Made by a program: the position numbers and the translations under genes. From positions 2,781 through 66,780 of IMG/VR virus record IMGVR_UViG_3300017747_003445: a stretch of DNA of 64,000 bases; one strand, written 5' to 3'. Below are positions 1-7,886 of the stretch, piece by piece; position 1 is the first letter of the stretch; the number at the start of each line of letters is the position of its first letter. This stretch comes from a virus (Duplodnaviria > Caudoviricetes). The notes under the pieces were generated by a model. That model worked only from the letters and a program-made list of their open reading frames with translations, was not told the origin of the DNA and made no database searches.

Positions 1-1
1 A

Positions 2-85
2 TGGTTCAAAGGTTCGGGATTTAATAGAATATCTAAAAAGACTTTTGAAAATCACCCTAGTTTATATAGGATAAAGGTTAACTGA
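2..85 (+). CDS. Possible 3' end of an ORF entering from outside the window (…WFKGSGFNRISKKTFENHPSLYRIKVN*)
   Basis: Frame 2 is open for 27 codons from the window edge to TGA at 83-85 in AT-rich sequence; the start is not visible. Confidence 0.35.
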   Translation, partial: WFKGSGFNRISKKTFENHPSLYRIKVN

Positions 86-144
86 TGATGGAATTAATTT
101 CCGAAAGGTTCACGAGAATAGTAAAAGCTATTCGCCTCTTAACC
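76..144 (+). ncRNA. Type I hammerhead ribozyme
   Basis: Stem I GGTTAA(76-81)/TTAACC(139-144); core CTGATGA(82-88) plus one extra T; stem II GGAA(90-93)/TTCC(99-102); GAAA(103-106); stem III AGG(106-108)/CCT(135-137) extended by hairpin GAATAGT-AAAA-GCTATTC; NUH triplet CUC(136-138), predicted cleavage after C138. Confidence 0.8.
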
Positions 145-188
145 AAAAAAAAAAGTGGAGTCACCACATAAAAAACTGCAATTGATTT

Positions 189-1094
189 ATGAAAACTTTT
201 AACGACAAATTTTCAGCGAACACCAACGAGCAAGCAGAATCAAAAATTACCTCAATTTTAGCCAATTCTAGACAAGATAATGTCTTGGTGACATCGGAGG
301 TCGTTCCATTGGAGAAACTGACAGGAATGCCATCTAGAAGAGGATTAGAGAATGCTATCATTTGCGAGAATCAAATCGTGAATGTAGTATCCAATTCCTA
401 TGGTCATTTACCTAATGAAAAATTCTTCCTAGGTGTGGAGGAAAAGTTAATTGATGCTGACATCTACTACCAACAACGTAGTATCAATCGTGACAATCGC
501 TCATTCGTTGTGGATTATATCCTAGCAGATGACCGATACAAAATTGAGGTGAAAGGTGACAAGGATATTTTGCGTCCAATGTTACGCTTTGTGAATTCTT
601 ACGATGGTTCATGCAAGACTAGTGGTTCATTCGGATTTTGGCGCAAAGTATGTGACAATGGCTTACACGTAGCGCAAACGCACATAGGATTTAGCGTTAA
701 GCATTCCGGTGCAATCGCTGACATTGTAATGCCTAAATTGGATGAGATTGTAGGTCAGTTTATGGACAATGAATTTTTCACCCTTAAGCGCAAATTTGAG
801 GTGCTTGCTGAACGTCCGGTGTACAACTTGGAGGATTATGTTAAAGTGACCGCAAAGAGCCTAGGAATGTTTAAATATGAGATGTCTGATAAAAACCCAG
901 AACCTAGCGCAAACGCTCGCTTTGTATTGGATGTGATTGACCGCGAATCAAGACAATTGAATACACGCCCTAACCAATGGATTGTATACAATGCATTCAA
1001 TGAATTGTTGCATAGTAAATTGAAGAAAACTTTTGACCAACAACGCACGTTGGATGAGAAGTTATTTGAAACTATCTACGCTGACATTAACTAA
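189..1094 (+). CDS. DUF932/DUF945-family phage/plasmid protein
   Basis: Motif 'FVNSYDGS…GFWRKVCDNGL' and C-terminal 'WIVYNAFNE' are typical of the family; 301 aa. Confidence 0.75.
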   Translation: MKTFNDKFSANTNEQAESKITSILANSRQDNVLVTSEVVPLEKLTGMPSRRGLENAIICENQIVNVVSNSYGHLPNEKFFLGVEEKLIDADIYYQQRSINRDNRSFVVDYILADDRYKIEVKGDKDILRPMLRFVNSYDGSCKTSGSFGFWRKVCDNGLHVAQTHIGFSVKHSGAIADIVMPKLDEIVGQFMDNEFFTLKRKFEVLAERPVYNLEDYVKVTAKSLGMFKYEMSDKNPEPSANARFVLDVIDRESRQLNTRPNQWIVYNAFNELLHSKLKKTFDQQRTLDEKLFETIYADIN

Positions 1095-1102
1095 TATATA
1101 AA

Positions 1103-1126
1103 GGGGAGAGAAATCTCCCCATTTTT
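1103..1126 (+). terminator. Intrinsic terminator
   Basis: GGGGAGA-GAAA-TCTCCCC hairpin followed by ATTTTT, directly after the DUF932 stop. Confidence 0.75.
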
Positions 1127-1147
1127 AAACTTATTAAATTAAACAAA

Positions 1148-1531
1148 ATGAAAAATTTATTAGAAGTTGAAGGAAATTACCATTCAACTTATGCATTCGT
1201 GCAACAAAACAATTTAGAAAATACTGCTACTAAAGTCCTCGGTAAAGGATGGGAAGCAGAAGATGATTGCGGACAAATTCAAGAGATAATTAATTCTCTT
1301 GGTATCGGTAGTTATTCGGTTGTATGCAATGAGCATATTGATTCTGATGGAGATGATATTGAGGTAAGGAAAATATCTGACATAGAAGGAATTGACAAAG
1401 CATTCAAACAATTAATCTCTCTTTATGATGTATGCGATGATTTAGAAAATAATGGCGAAGATAAATCAGCTAAAAAAATGAGAATTACATTAAACAAATT
1501 AGGGGCATTTATACAATCATTAAAAAATTAA
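1148..1531 (+). CDS. Hypothetical early protein
   Basis: 127-aa ORF starting at a repeat motif. Confidence 0.7.
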   Translation: MKNLLEVEGNYHSTYAFVQQNNLENTATKVLGKGWEAEDDCGQIQEIINSLGIGSYSVVCNEHIDSDGDDIEVRKISDIEGIDKAFKQLISLYDVCDDLENNGEDKSAKKMRITLNKLGAFIQSLKN

Positions 1532-1536
1532 ACAAA

Positions 1537-1848
1537 ATGGAAAACACTACTACGCTTGAATCGTCTTGGGGATTTGTAACTATCCTTACACCTACGGGTG
1601 CTATATTAGAAACTAACTGCTCTGATTTGCCTAACGAAAAATGCTACATCTTGGATATAGAGAGATTTGATATAGCAGAATTTAATGATTGGTTTTTTAG
1701 GCGCTATGGATGGCAACCGCCATTGGATTCCATTGATATCCTTGAACTAGGATATTGGTTAAAGGATGGCACATATGTTGCTCCATCTAATTGGAGATAT
1801 GAGATTCGTGAGGAACTAGAAAAGGAAGGAAAACTTATTATTTATTAA
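1537..1848 (+). CDS. Hypothetical early protein
   Basis: 103-aa ORF starting at a repeat motif. Confidence 0.7.
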   Translation: MENTTTLESSWGFVTILTPTGAILETNCSDLPNEKCYILDIERFDIAEFNDWFFRRYGWQPPLDSIDILELGYWLKDGTYVAPSNWRYEIREELEKEGKLIIY

Positions 1849-1867
1849 ACTTATTAAATTAGATAAA

Positions 1868-2068
1868 ATGAAAGATTTATTTGAATGTCCTAATAAATTG
1901 CCTAAAAATATACAAGCTATTTTAAAGCGATTTAACGACCTAGAAATTGAAAGGGGTATACAATATACCGACCTCGTCCAAATGGGCAAGGAATTGGCTA
2001 ATTATGGCTATAGTTTTGATTTCTATCTTGACTGCGTACCTTATAATCTTAAAAAAATAAAAAATTAA
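1868..2068 (+). CDS. Hypothetical early protein
   Basis: 66-aa ORF starting at a repeat motif. Confidence 0.65.
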   Translation: MKDLFECPNKLPKNIQAILKRFNDLEIERGIQYTDLVQMGKELANYGYSFDFYLDCVPYNLKKIKN

Positions 2069-2073
2069 ACAAA

Positions 2074-2265
2074 ATGAAAAAATTTATTACAACTGCAATC
2101 TTATTCGCTCTATTTTTTAGCGCCTCTGCTAATGATATTATTATCAAGGATACCACAATAAACAAAGTAGTTTATTCAATGTATCAAGGTGCTAGAGGTG
2201 GAAGGTATATTATCGTTACAAGCCACAGCGGAACGACATACCGAAAATATTTTAAAAAGAAATAA
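2074..2265 (+). CDS. Small exported basic protein
   Basis: Signal peptide MKKFITTAILFALFFSASA; C-terminal GARGGRY…YRKYFKKK. Confidence 0.65.
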   Translation: MKKFITTAILFALFFSASANDIIIKDTTINKVVYSMYQGARGGRYIIVTSHSGTTYRKYFKKK

Positions 2266-2286
2266 TTAACTATTAAATTAAACAAA

Positions 2287-2559
2287 ATGAAAAACAAAAT
2301 ATTGTGTTCAATTTACAATTTATGTTTTTATATAGACAATAAATTAGGCTATATTGAAAGTTACGATTACGAAACCGCTCCATATTGTGGTCACCATTAC
2401 GATGGACATAAAGGAAAGTTTACTGCTTCGGATTATCACGAAGGAGATGGAGAAAAATATTGTATATTTTTATTTTGGGTAGTTGCAAAATGCACCGAAG
2501 ATAAAAATTGGTATATACAAACAAAAAAGCAATTCAATAAATATTATAAAAGATTTTAA
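2287..2559 (+). CDS. Hypothetical early protein
   Basis: 90-aa ORF starting at a repeat motif. Confidence 0.6.
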   Translation: MKNKILCSIYNLCFYIDNKLGYIESYDYETAPYCGHHYDGHKGKFTASDYHEGDGEKYCIFLFWVVAKCTEDKNWYIQTKKQFNKYYKRF

Positions 2560-2569
2560 ACTAGATAAA

Positions 2570-2833
2570 ATGAAAAACAAAATACCAACCGAAAAATTAG
2601 AAAAATGGATTAGCAATTTACTAAATGATATTGATGCAGATGAATTGTTTAGGATGCTATCCAATGAATGCGACAAAAAACAATTGGGATACCTACATGA
2701 CGCAATTAAAGACGAATTAAGGCTACATGATAAGTATGTCATAGAATGTACCAACCTAATTGATAAGCAGAAATTTGAGGCTTTTATGGAAGATTACAAG
2801 CCATATTACAATGAACAATCACTAATATTTTAA
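2570..2833 (+). CDS. Hypothetical early protein (start revised from 2483 to 2570)
   Basis: The CTAGATAAAATG repeat motif places the start at MKNKIPTEKL and removes the overlap with the upstream ORF. Confidence 0.65.
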   Translation: MKNKIPTEKLEKWISNLLNDIDADELFRMLSNECDKKQLGYLHDAIKDELRLHDKYVIECTNLIDKQKFEAFMEDYKPYYNEQSLIF

Positions 2834-2851
2834 ATTATTAAATTAGATAAA

Positions 2852-3160
2852 ATGACAAATCAAGACGATATGTGGAATTGTTCAGAATGTGGACAATTAC
2901 AAGGCAGACACGATATGTGGTTTGATGGTATATGTGAAAACTGCAATACCAACGCTACAAAAAAAGGGACTTTTTATATAAATGAATTAGCGTGCGAATT
3001 GGCTGATTTATATATAAAACAAACCTATGAGTATACCACCGAAACCATTTGGGAGGATGATGGCGAAGGTGGTAGCAAATACACCGAATTTATGCAAGAG
3101 CAATTTGACATCATGCATGGCAAAATAGAATCCTATTTATTAAGAAACCAATTAAAATAA
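2852..3160 (+). CDS. Hypothetical protein with N-terminal Zn-ribbon-like Cys pairs
   Basis: CSEC…CENC; starts at a repeat motif. Confidence 0.65.
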   Translation: MTNQDDMWNCSECGQLQGRHDMWFDGICENCNTNATKKGTFYINELACELADLYIKQTYEYTTETIWEDDGEGGSKYTEFMQEQFDIMHGKIESYLLRNQLK

Positions 3161-3165
3161 TACCT

Positions 3166-3354
3166 ATGACTAATTTAGAAATCAAAATCAGACTAGAACA
3201 AATCCTAGCTAAAATACAAGACAATATCACATCGGGATGGAATGATGACCTAGAAACCACTTTTGAATGTGTTGTACTTGAGGATGGCAGAGATATTGAG
3301 TACAATGGGTGGATGAGTGAATTAGAAGCCCTACACAACGATATTATTATCTAG
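3166..3354 (+). CDS. Hypothetical acidic protein
   Basis: 62-aa ORF in operon context. Confidence 0.6.
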   Translation: MTNLEIKIRLEQILAKIQDNITSGWNDDLETTFECVVLEDGRDIEYNGWMSELEALHNDIII

Positions 3355-3459
3355 TTCGGTTAACGAGGGGTGCGCATTCGTTATAACGCATAATTTTATT
3401 ATATTATCTAATTTGCTAAATTTAAAAAAACTAAATTTATAATTATTAAATTATCTAAA

Positions 3460-3627
3460 ATGAAAAACATTAAAAAAATACAAAGCCAAATTAGGGTTTT
3501 GAACACTAAAATTCACCTAGGTAAAGTAAAAAATGTATACGCAGTAATGGAGAAAATAAAAAAATTAAAGACACAACTGCAAGTTGAAATTGACCTATAC
3601 AATTGGGAAAACTATCTATCAAAATAA
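3460..3627 (+). CDS. Small hypothetical protein (55 aa, not in the ORF track)
   Basis: MKNIKKIQSQIRVLNTKIHLGKVKNVYAVMEKIKKLKTQLQVEIDLYNWENYLSK*; preceded by a variant of the start repeat. Confidence 0.6.
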   Translation: MKNIKKIQSQIRVLNTKIHLGKVKNVYAVMEKIKKLKTQLQVEIDLYNWENYLSK

Positions 3628-3695
3628 CTTATTAAATTAATTTATTTGCTTAATCAAAAATAGTTTATACCTTCACAAAAAATTTTAAAAAACTT

Positions 3696-3833
3696 ATGCT
3701 TAAAGAATTATCAATTTTTATGTACCAAATGCTCAAGCTATTGGTAATCGGGTTACCTATAGCAATCATTTTGCTTTGTACCGCTAATCTATATTTTGAA
3801 TTTAAAAGAATAATACAATGGATAAAAAAGTAA
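3696..3833 (+). CDS. Small membrane protein (45 aa, not in the ORF track)
   Basis: MLKELSIFMYQMLKLLVIGLPIAIILLCTANLYFEFKRIIQWIKK*; one TM-like segment; A-rich start. Confidence 0.5.
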   Translation: MLKELSIFMYQMLKLLVIGLPIAIILLCTANLYFEFKRIIQWIKK

Positions 3834-4060
3834 ACCAACACCAAATGTTAAGGGACACTATGTATGTCATGTTTAAGGATAAACACCTTCCTTATTGTGA
3901 CATGGAGGATTTTATTGCAATGTGGGAGGCATTAGCGAATAAATGGAACATTCGTATAGATGATGATTTATGGGATGAATTTGCGGAAGAAATAAACTGC
4001 GTAGCATCCAATAGACAAAACTATTTTAACGAAATTTTTGACAAATATTTTAATAATTAA
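3818..4060 (+). CDS. Hypothetical protein
   Basis: 80-aa ORF. Confidence 0.6.
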   Translation: MDKKVNQHQMLRDTMYVMFKDKHLPYCDMEDFIAMWEALANKWNIRIDDDLWDEFAEEINCVASNRQNYFNEIFDKYFNN

Positions 4061-4074
4061 TTAAACTTAAAAAA

Positions 4075-4293
4075 ATGAAAGAAGTAACATTAACCCTTAC
4101 TGAAGGGTACGAAGAAAATTGGTATAGAATATATATAGATGGAGTAGCTTTTAAATCAGTATTATATTTTACTCATGAATCAGATGAAGATAAAGAGAAA
4201 GCCAAACAAAAAGCATTAAAAGCATTTGCAGAAGCAAAATGGTCAATAGCACATCCATCCGTCACTAAAATATTATTACAAGAAACAATATAA
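4075..4293 (+). CDS. Hypothetical protein
   Basis: 72-aa ORF with A-rich start. Confidence 0.6.
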   Translation: MKEVTLTLTEGYEENWYRIYIDGVAFKSVLYFTHESDEDKEKAKQKALKAFAEAKWSIAHPSVTKILLQETI

Positions 4294-4297
4294 ATAA

Positions 4298-4501
4298 ATG
4301 AAAATCAAACAAATAAGCGTAAAGGAATACGCAAGTAAAGTAGACCCTTCTCTATTTAGGTCAAATAGAAAAAATCCAGATGCTTCATTAACACAACAAG
4401 CTATTAAGTATAGGATTAAACACAATATGCATTTGCCCCATGTAATAAAATATAACAGAGTGGGAAAAATCCATGTATTAAGCGTGTTGGCGAATTTTTA
4501 A
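4298..4501 (+). CDS. Small basic, possibly DNA-binding protein
   Basis: 'LTQQAIKYRIK' resembles an HTH recognition helix. Confidence 0.5.
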   Translation: MKIKQISVKEYASKVDPSLFRSNRKNPDASLTQQAIKYRIKHNMHLPHVIKYNRVGKIHVLSVLANF

Positions 4502-4518
4502 TTTAAAATATAAACAAA

Positions 4519-4737
4519 ATGAATAACGAAAATTACAATCAAAGAAATGTAGAATGGATACTTAATTGCATTGCATCTTGCACTAATAATGAACAATTAG
4601 ATTGCTGTGAAGTACTTATTGGATTATTTAGATTTAGACTTATGAAAGATAATACTGATGAAAAAGCGATGCACGATATAGAATGTGAAATTATAGAAGC
4701 ATTTATTAATAAGAGGGCTTTTTTAGAAATTATATAA
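4519..4737 (+). CDS. Hypothetical protein
   Basis: 72-aa ORF with TAAACAAAATG start. Confidence 0.6.
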   Translation: MNNENYNQRNVEWILNCIASCTNNEQLDCCEVLIGLFRFRLMKDNTDEKAMHDIECEIIEAFINKRAFLEII

Positions 4738-4738
4738 T

Positions 4739-4903
4739 ATGAAAAATAACTACGAATTAAAGCAGACAATGTTATTGTCCATAGAAAATGAAACTTTAAG
4801 AGAACGTGTGAAAGAATTAAAATTGGAGATAAAAAAGCTACAAGATGAAAAAAGAGAAAGAATGGTATCGGGCGAAGGGGATAATGCAGTTATTCAAGAA
4901 TGA
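4739..4903 (+). CDS. Small coiled-coil protein (54 aa, not in the ORF track)
   Basis: MKNNYELKQTMLLSIENETLRERVKELKLEIKKLQDEKRERMVSGEGDNAVIQE*; fills the gap between neighbouring ORFs. Confidence 0.5.
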   Translation: MKNNYELKQTMLLSIENETLRERVKELKLEIKKLQDEKRERMVSGEGDNAVIQE

Positions 4904-5030
4904 CAAATTAATAAGGGAATACAGATATAATGATAGTTATAATAGAAGAAGAATATATAAAATATGGATGGTTGAAATAAAGCCTAATGGAATAGATTCT
5001 TATGAATTAATTATTAAACCAGAAATATAG
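4845..5030 (+). CDS. Hypothetical basic protein
   Basis: 61-aa ORF. Confidence 0.5.
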   Translation: MKKEKEWYRAKGIMQLFKNDKLIREYRYNDSYNRRRIYKIWMVEIKPNGIDSYELIIKPEI

Positions 5031-5038
5031 TATCTTTG
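5031..5038 (+). promoter_or_regulatory. Bacteroidota -7 promoter box (TATCTTTG)
   Basis: Exact TAnnTTTG match; no clear -33 TTTG. Confidence 0.45.
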
Positions 5039-5071
5039 TATCCATAGTTGTTAGATTATAGATTTTTTAGT

Positions 5072-5104
5072 AAAAAACTCGCCTCCTTTCTAGGGGGCGT
5101 TTTA
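5072..5104. terminator. Bidirectional terminator between the early (+) and lysis (-) operons
   Basis: AAAAAA-CT-CGCCTCCT-TTCT-AGGGGGCG-TTTT. Confidence 0.75.
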
Positions 5105-5524
5105 ATTTATTGACTTTTGAAAGTAAAGCATCTCCCTACCGCCATATGCGTATTCAGGGGAATAGAATTTAAAGCCTTGTGATATTAAATTATTTACACT
5201 TGGGTAATTATCAATACTTGTATATGTTATAGCCATATGGCAATCATATGCTGACTTAATCCTTAATTTAATCATTTTCTTTTGCAATCCTTGTCCGCGA
5301 TAATCTTTATGTACCCATGCCCTTACAAATATGCAAAGTCCTTGAGCAAACCCACACCCACAATACGCTATTATTTGATTTCCGGAAACTATTACCCACC
5401 AGTCCCTATTTAATTTAAACTCATCATTGCACCCACTGAATACCTTGTAATCCAATTCTATTACTTGCTCGTAAAGATTTGGTTTTAGGACTTTACCTCT
5501 ACTGAATACCTTTATGGTTTTCAT
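5102..5524 (-). CDS. GNAT-family N-acetyltransferase
   Basis: Acetyl-CoA motif A 'VHKDYRGQGLQKKM' and motif B 'NYPSVNNLISQGF'. Confidence 0.85.
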   Translation of the reverse strand: MKTIKVFSRGKVLKPNLYEQVIELDYKVFSGCNDEFKLNRDWWVIVSGNQIIAYCGCGFAQGLCIFVRAWVHKDYRGQGLQKKMIKLRIKSAYDCHMAITYTSIDNYPSVNNLISQGFKFYSPEYAYGGREMLYFQKSIN

Positions 5525-5526
5525 GG

Positions 5527-6519
5527 TTATACAATTTTACCTTTGAATATTCTTTTGTTATTAAATTCAAAGTCCTCCCCATTCGGGTCAAGGTCTACCT
5601 CTGCAAAACCATGATTCCACTTATTTAGAGGCATATAGGCGGGGTGTAATTCAGAAAGGCAACCCAATGACCAAGTAGTTACCATCTTGCCCGTAAGGGT
5701 AGGTTCTGTGTGTTCGGATGTTTGGTGGTTATGCCCTTGGAAGGTGCTGACCTTTGCTTTTAAGAATAATCCCCTTGCAGGGTTTACGGGGGCTGATATT
5801 CCACCTACATATTCATGACCATGAATCCCCCACAGATTATTTAATTTCATAGGTCTTTTGTCCCCTATTATTTCTATACCTCTGGCTCTTGCTTTGATGA
5901 TATTCTCAAATTCAAATTCTTCTATTCCCACTAGTTCACCGGCTTTCTCGTAAAGGAAATGCTCGTACCTCTCTTCGTGGTTACCTATCTTAAAATATAT
6001 CTTACACTTTAATTCCTTTTCAAAGACATCAAATAGCGCTTTGAATGTATCTAGTTCTAGCTTAAAGTTTCGTTTCTTTGGGTCTTTTATGAATCTGCTT
6101 AATCTATGGCAGTCAATGGTATCTCCATTTAATAGTAGTGCATCGGGCTTGGTTTTTTTTGCGTATTCAATCGCAGCCGTTATCGCGCTTATGCTATGGT
6201 AAGGGACATGGATATCAGATAATATTAAAATCTTTTTATGCCCTTTAAATACAAATGGTTCAAATGCAGTTTCATCTGATGATGGTAAATTATATGGATT
6301 TCTAGGGCGTTCGCCTTCTTTTAACAATTCTGGAGTAGCATATTTCCTTTCAGCACTACCTTTTTTTCCCTCAACATACCTCAAACAAGTCCTTGCGCTT
6401 TCCTCATTTTTGAATGTTAAATTATTTTCCGAGTACATTATCCTAGCTAATTTTTTAGTAGGGAAATCGGGATGTTTTGTTCTATATTCTCTTGCTATTT
6501 TTGCGTTGCCATTTTGCAT
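5527..6519 (-). CDS. Calcineurin-like metallophosphoesterase with N-terminal extension
   Basis: SDIH, NGDTID, GNHEE, HGHE and GHNH motifs. Confidence 0.9.
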   Translation of the reverse strand: MQNGNAKIAREYRTKHPDFPTKKLARIMYSENNLTFKNEESARTCLRYVEGKKGSAERKYATPELLKEGERPRNPYNLPSSDETAFEPFVFKGHKKILILSDIHVPYHSISAITAAIEYAKKTKPDALLLNGDTIDCHRLSRFIKDPKKRNFKLELDTFKALFDVFEKELKCKIYFKIGNHEERYEHFLYEKAGELVGIEEFEFENIIKARARGIEIIGDKRPMKLNNLWGIHGHEYVGGISAPVNPARGLFLKAKVSTFQGHNHQTSEHTEPTLTGKMVTTWSLGCLSELHPAYMPLNKWNHGFAEVDLDPNGEDFEFNNKRIFKGKIV

Positions 6520-6523
6520 AAAG

Positions 6524-6994
6524 CTATTTGTATGTTTGGTAGTGAGGTTTCCCGTTTACTCTTGTAGCTTTTAAAATTTGCTTTCTTTGTTTACCGGTAC
6601 TCTCATAAGAAACATGAACCCAATCTGGATTTGCACTTGTTCCAAACTCCCAAATCAATTGGTCAAATTCTAAATTATCCTTGATGTAATTAAATACCAT
6701 TGTGTTGGTAACGCCATTTGCACTGCCATCCATATCTATGTCAACTGCTTCACCTGTGCTATGCTGTGATGTGGGTGATGCGCCCGGCGTACAAGCATTA
6801 AGTTCTTTGCTTCTGTATCCAGAACTAATATGAATAGGACAACGGAAATGATTCCTTACTTTTTCAAATACATTTTCTGCTAACAATTTAAAGTTAGCTA
6901 TGTGTTCTTCTGTTGGCATATTTGAAATGCCATGACGCTTTGCAGTTTCGCTACGGATTACTTCTGATAAGTCTAGGTGTTCGCTGATTTTCAT
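6524..6994 (-). CDS. Endolysin, peptidase M15A (Zn D-Ala-D-Ala-type peptidase)
   Basis: 'ISSGYRS…SQHSTGEAVDI…WVHVSY' motifs. Confidence 0.9.
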   Translation of the reverse strand: MKISEHLDLSEVIRSETAKRHGISNMPTEEHIANFKLLAENVFEKVRNHFRCPIHISSGYRSKELNACTPGASPTSQHSTGEAVDIDMDGSANGVTNTMVFNYIKDNLEFDQLIWEFGTSANPDWVHVSYESTGKQRKQILKATRVNGKPHYQTYK

Positions 6995-6997
6995 ATA

Positions 6998-7222
6998 TTA
7001 TGATTTTGGTTCTTCTTTTTTAAATATCTTTTCTGCTGTAGTTAATCCAAGACATCCAAAAGCCAAACTTGCTACCGCCCAAACCAATGATTCACTAGGT
7101 GCTTTTTCTAATGGGCTAAATGAATTGTGGTACATTGTAATGCATAACGCTACAACGCACAAAAGACCGCAAAGTCTTTTCATACTTAATCTATCATTAT
7201 CTTCTGTAAAAAATTGCTTCAT
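6998..7222 (-). CDS. Holin-like two-TM membrane protein
   Basis: Two hydrophobic helices and a charged C-tail; adjacent to the endolysin. Confidence 0.55.
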   Translation of the reverse strand: MKQFFTEDNDRLSMKRLCGLLCVVALCITMYHNSFSPLEKAPSESLVWAVASLAFGCLGLTTAEKIFKKEEPKS

Positions 7223-7228
7223 TGTCTA

Positions 7229-7642
7229 TTAATTTTTTAAATTGCTTATTGTAGTAAATTGAAATAAGATTATTGCTATAAGGATGATTTTTTGCGCGAA
7301 TTCGAGCTTTTCTTCCGAGTCGTAGCTTCTGGCTTTGGGTCGGGTTCTAAAGAGGTCAACACTTGTTTGATATTTACCTTTCCAAAGATTGATTGAATCT
7401 TCTTTATAATGTATTGCTTTAAATATGCTATCATATTTTTTGTTTTTAATTGTTAATGTATTATTTAATAACCCTATTGAATCGTTATAACTTTTATATA
7501 ATTTATTAATTGTATCTGCTTGTGTAATGGATAGTATTACAACCGAATCTCCTCTAAATACCCGTTTTTGGGGGTATTGGGGATAGCTTGATTTGGATAC
7601 CCATATCAGCATTAACACTATCAAGCCTACCTTTAATTTCAT
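7229..7642 (-). CDS. Membrane protein (spanin-like candidate)
   Basis: N-terminal signal/TM, coiled-coil middle, C-terminal TM; overlaps the upstream lipoprotein gene. Confidence 0.5.
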   Translation of the reverse strand: MKLKVGLIVLMLIWVSKSSYPQYPQKRVFRGDSVVILSITQADTINKLYKSYNDSIGLLNNTLTIKNKKYDSIFKAIHYKEDSINLWKGKYQTSVDLFRTRPKARSYDSEEKLEFAQKIILIAIILFQFTTISNLKN

Positions 7643-7886
7643 TTAATTGTTTTTTTAAATTCTTATTTTCTTCTTTTAATGTTACTATTTTTATTATTGT
7701 TTCCTTTACTATTTTGGTTTGGCTTTCACTTGCTTTTTTCTGAACCTCACTGCTAGCTTGCGTATTAGCTTCTACCTTATCTAATAAATTCTTAAACTTT
7801 GCATCCTCTTTAATATTGTCATTCTCTTGTTGCCCTATTGCTTGGCAACCAAATAAGAATATTAATAAAATAAACCTAATTCTCAT
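7554..7886 (-). CDS. Coiled-coil lipoprotein (spanin-like candidate)
   Basis: Lipobox-like LFGC after a hydrophobic stretch; long heptad region. Confidence 0.55.
   Translation of the reverse strand: MRIRFILLIFLFGCQAIGQQENDNIKEDAKFKNLLDKVEANTQASSEVQKKASESQTKIVKETIIKIVTLKEENKNLKKQLNEIKGRLDSVNADMGIQIKLSPIPPKTGI

Larger units (their letters stand above)
1128..3462 (+). repeat. Dispersed ~22-nt start-site repeat, consensus AAC/ATTATTAAATTA(A/G)A(C/T)AAAATG
   Basis: Full copies at 1128-1150, 1848-1870, 2268-2289, 2832-2854 and 3441-3462 (variant); partial copies at 1526-1539, 2063-2076 and 2556-2572; each ends in the ATG of a small ORF. Confidence 0.8.

Noticed and set aside
1-25. GGTTCAAA/GGTTCG resembling tRNA T-loops
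   Set aside because: No T-stem or acceptor stem can be built; the region is an open reading frame.
151-167. AAAAGTGGAG resembling the 3' strand of a twister ribozyme
   Set aside because: The other twister elements are absent; the bases form a simple GTGG-AGTCA-CCAC hairpin.
2483-2569. N-terminal extension of ORF 2483..2833
   Set aside because: Overlaps the upstream gene; the conserved start motif marks ATG 2570.
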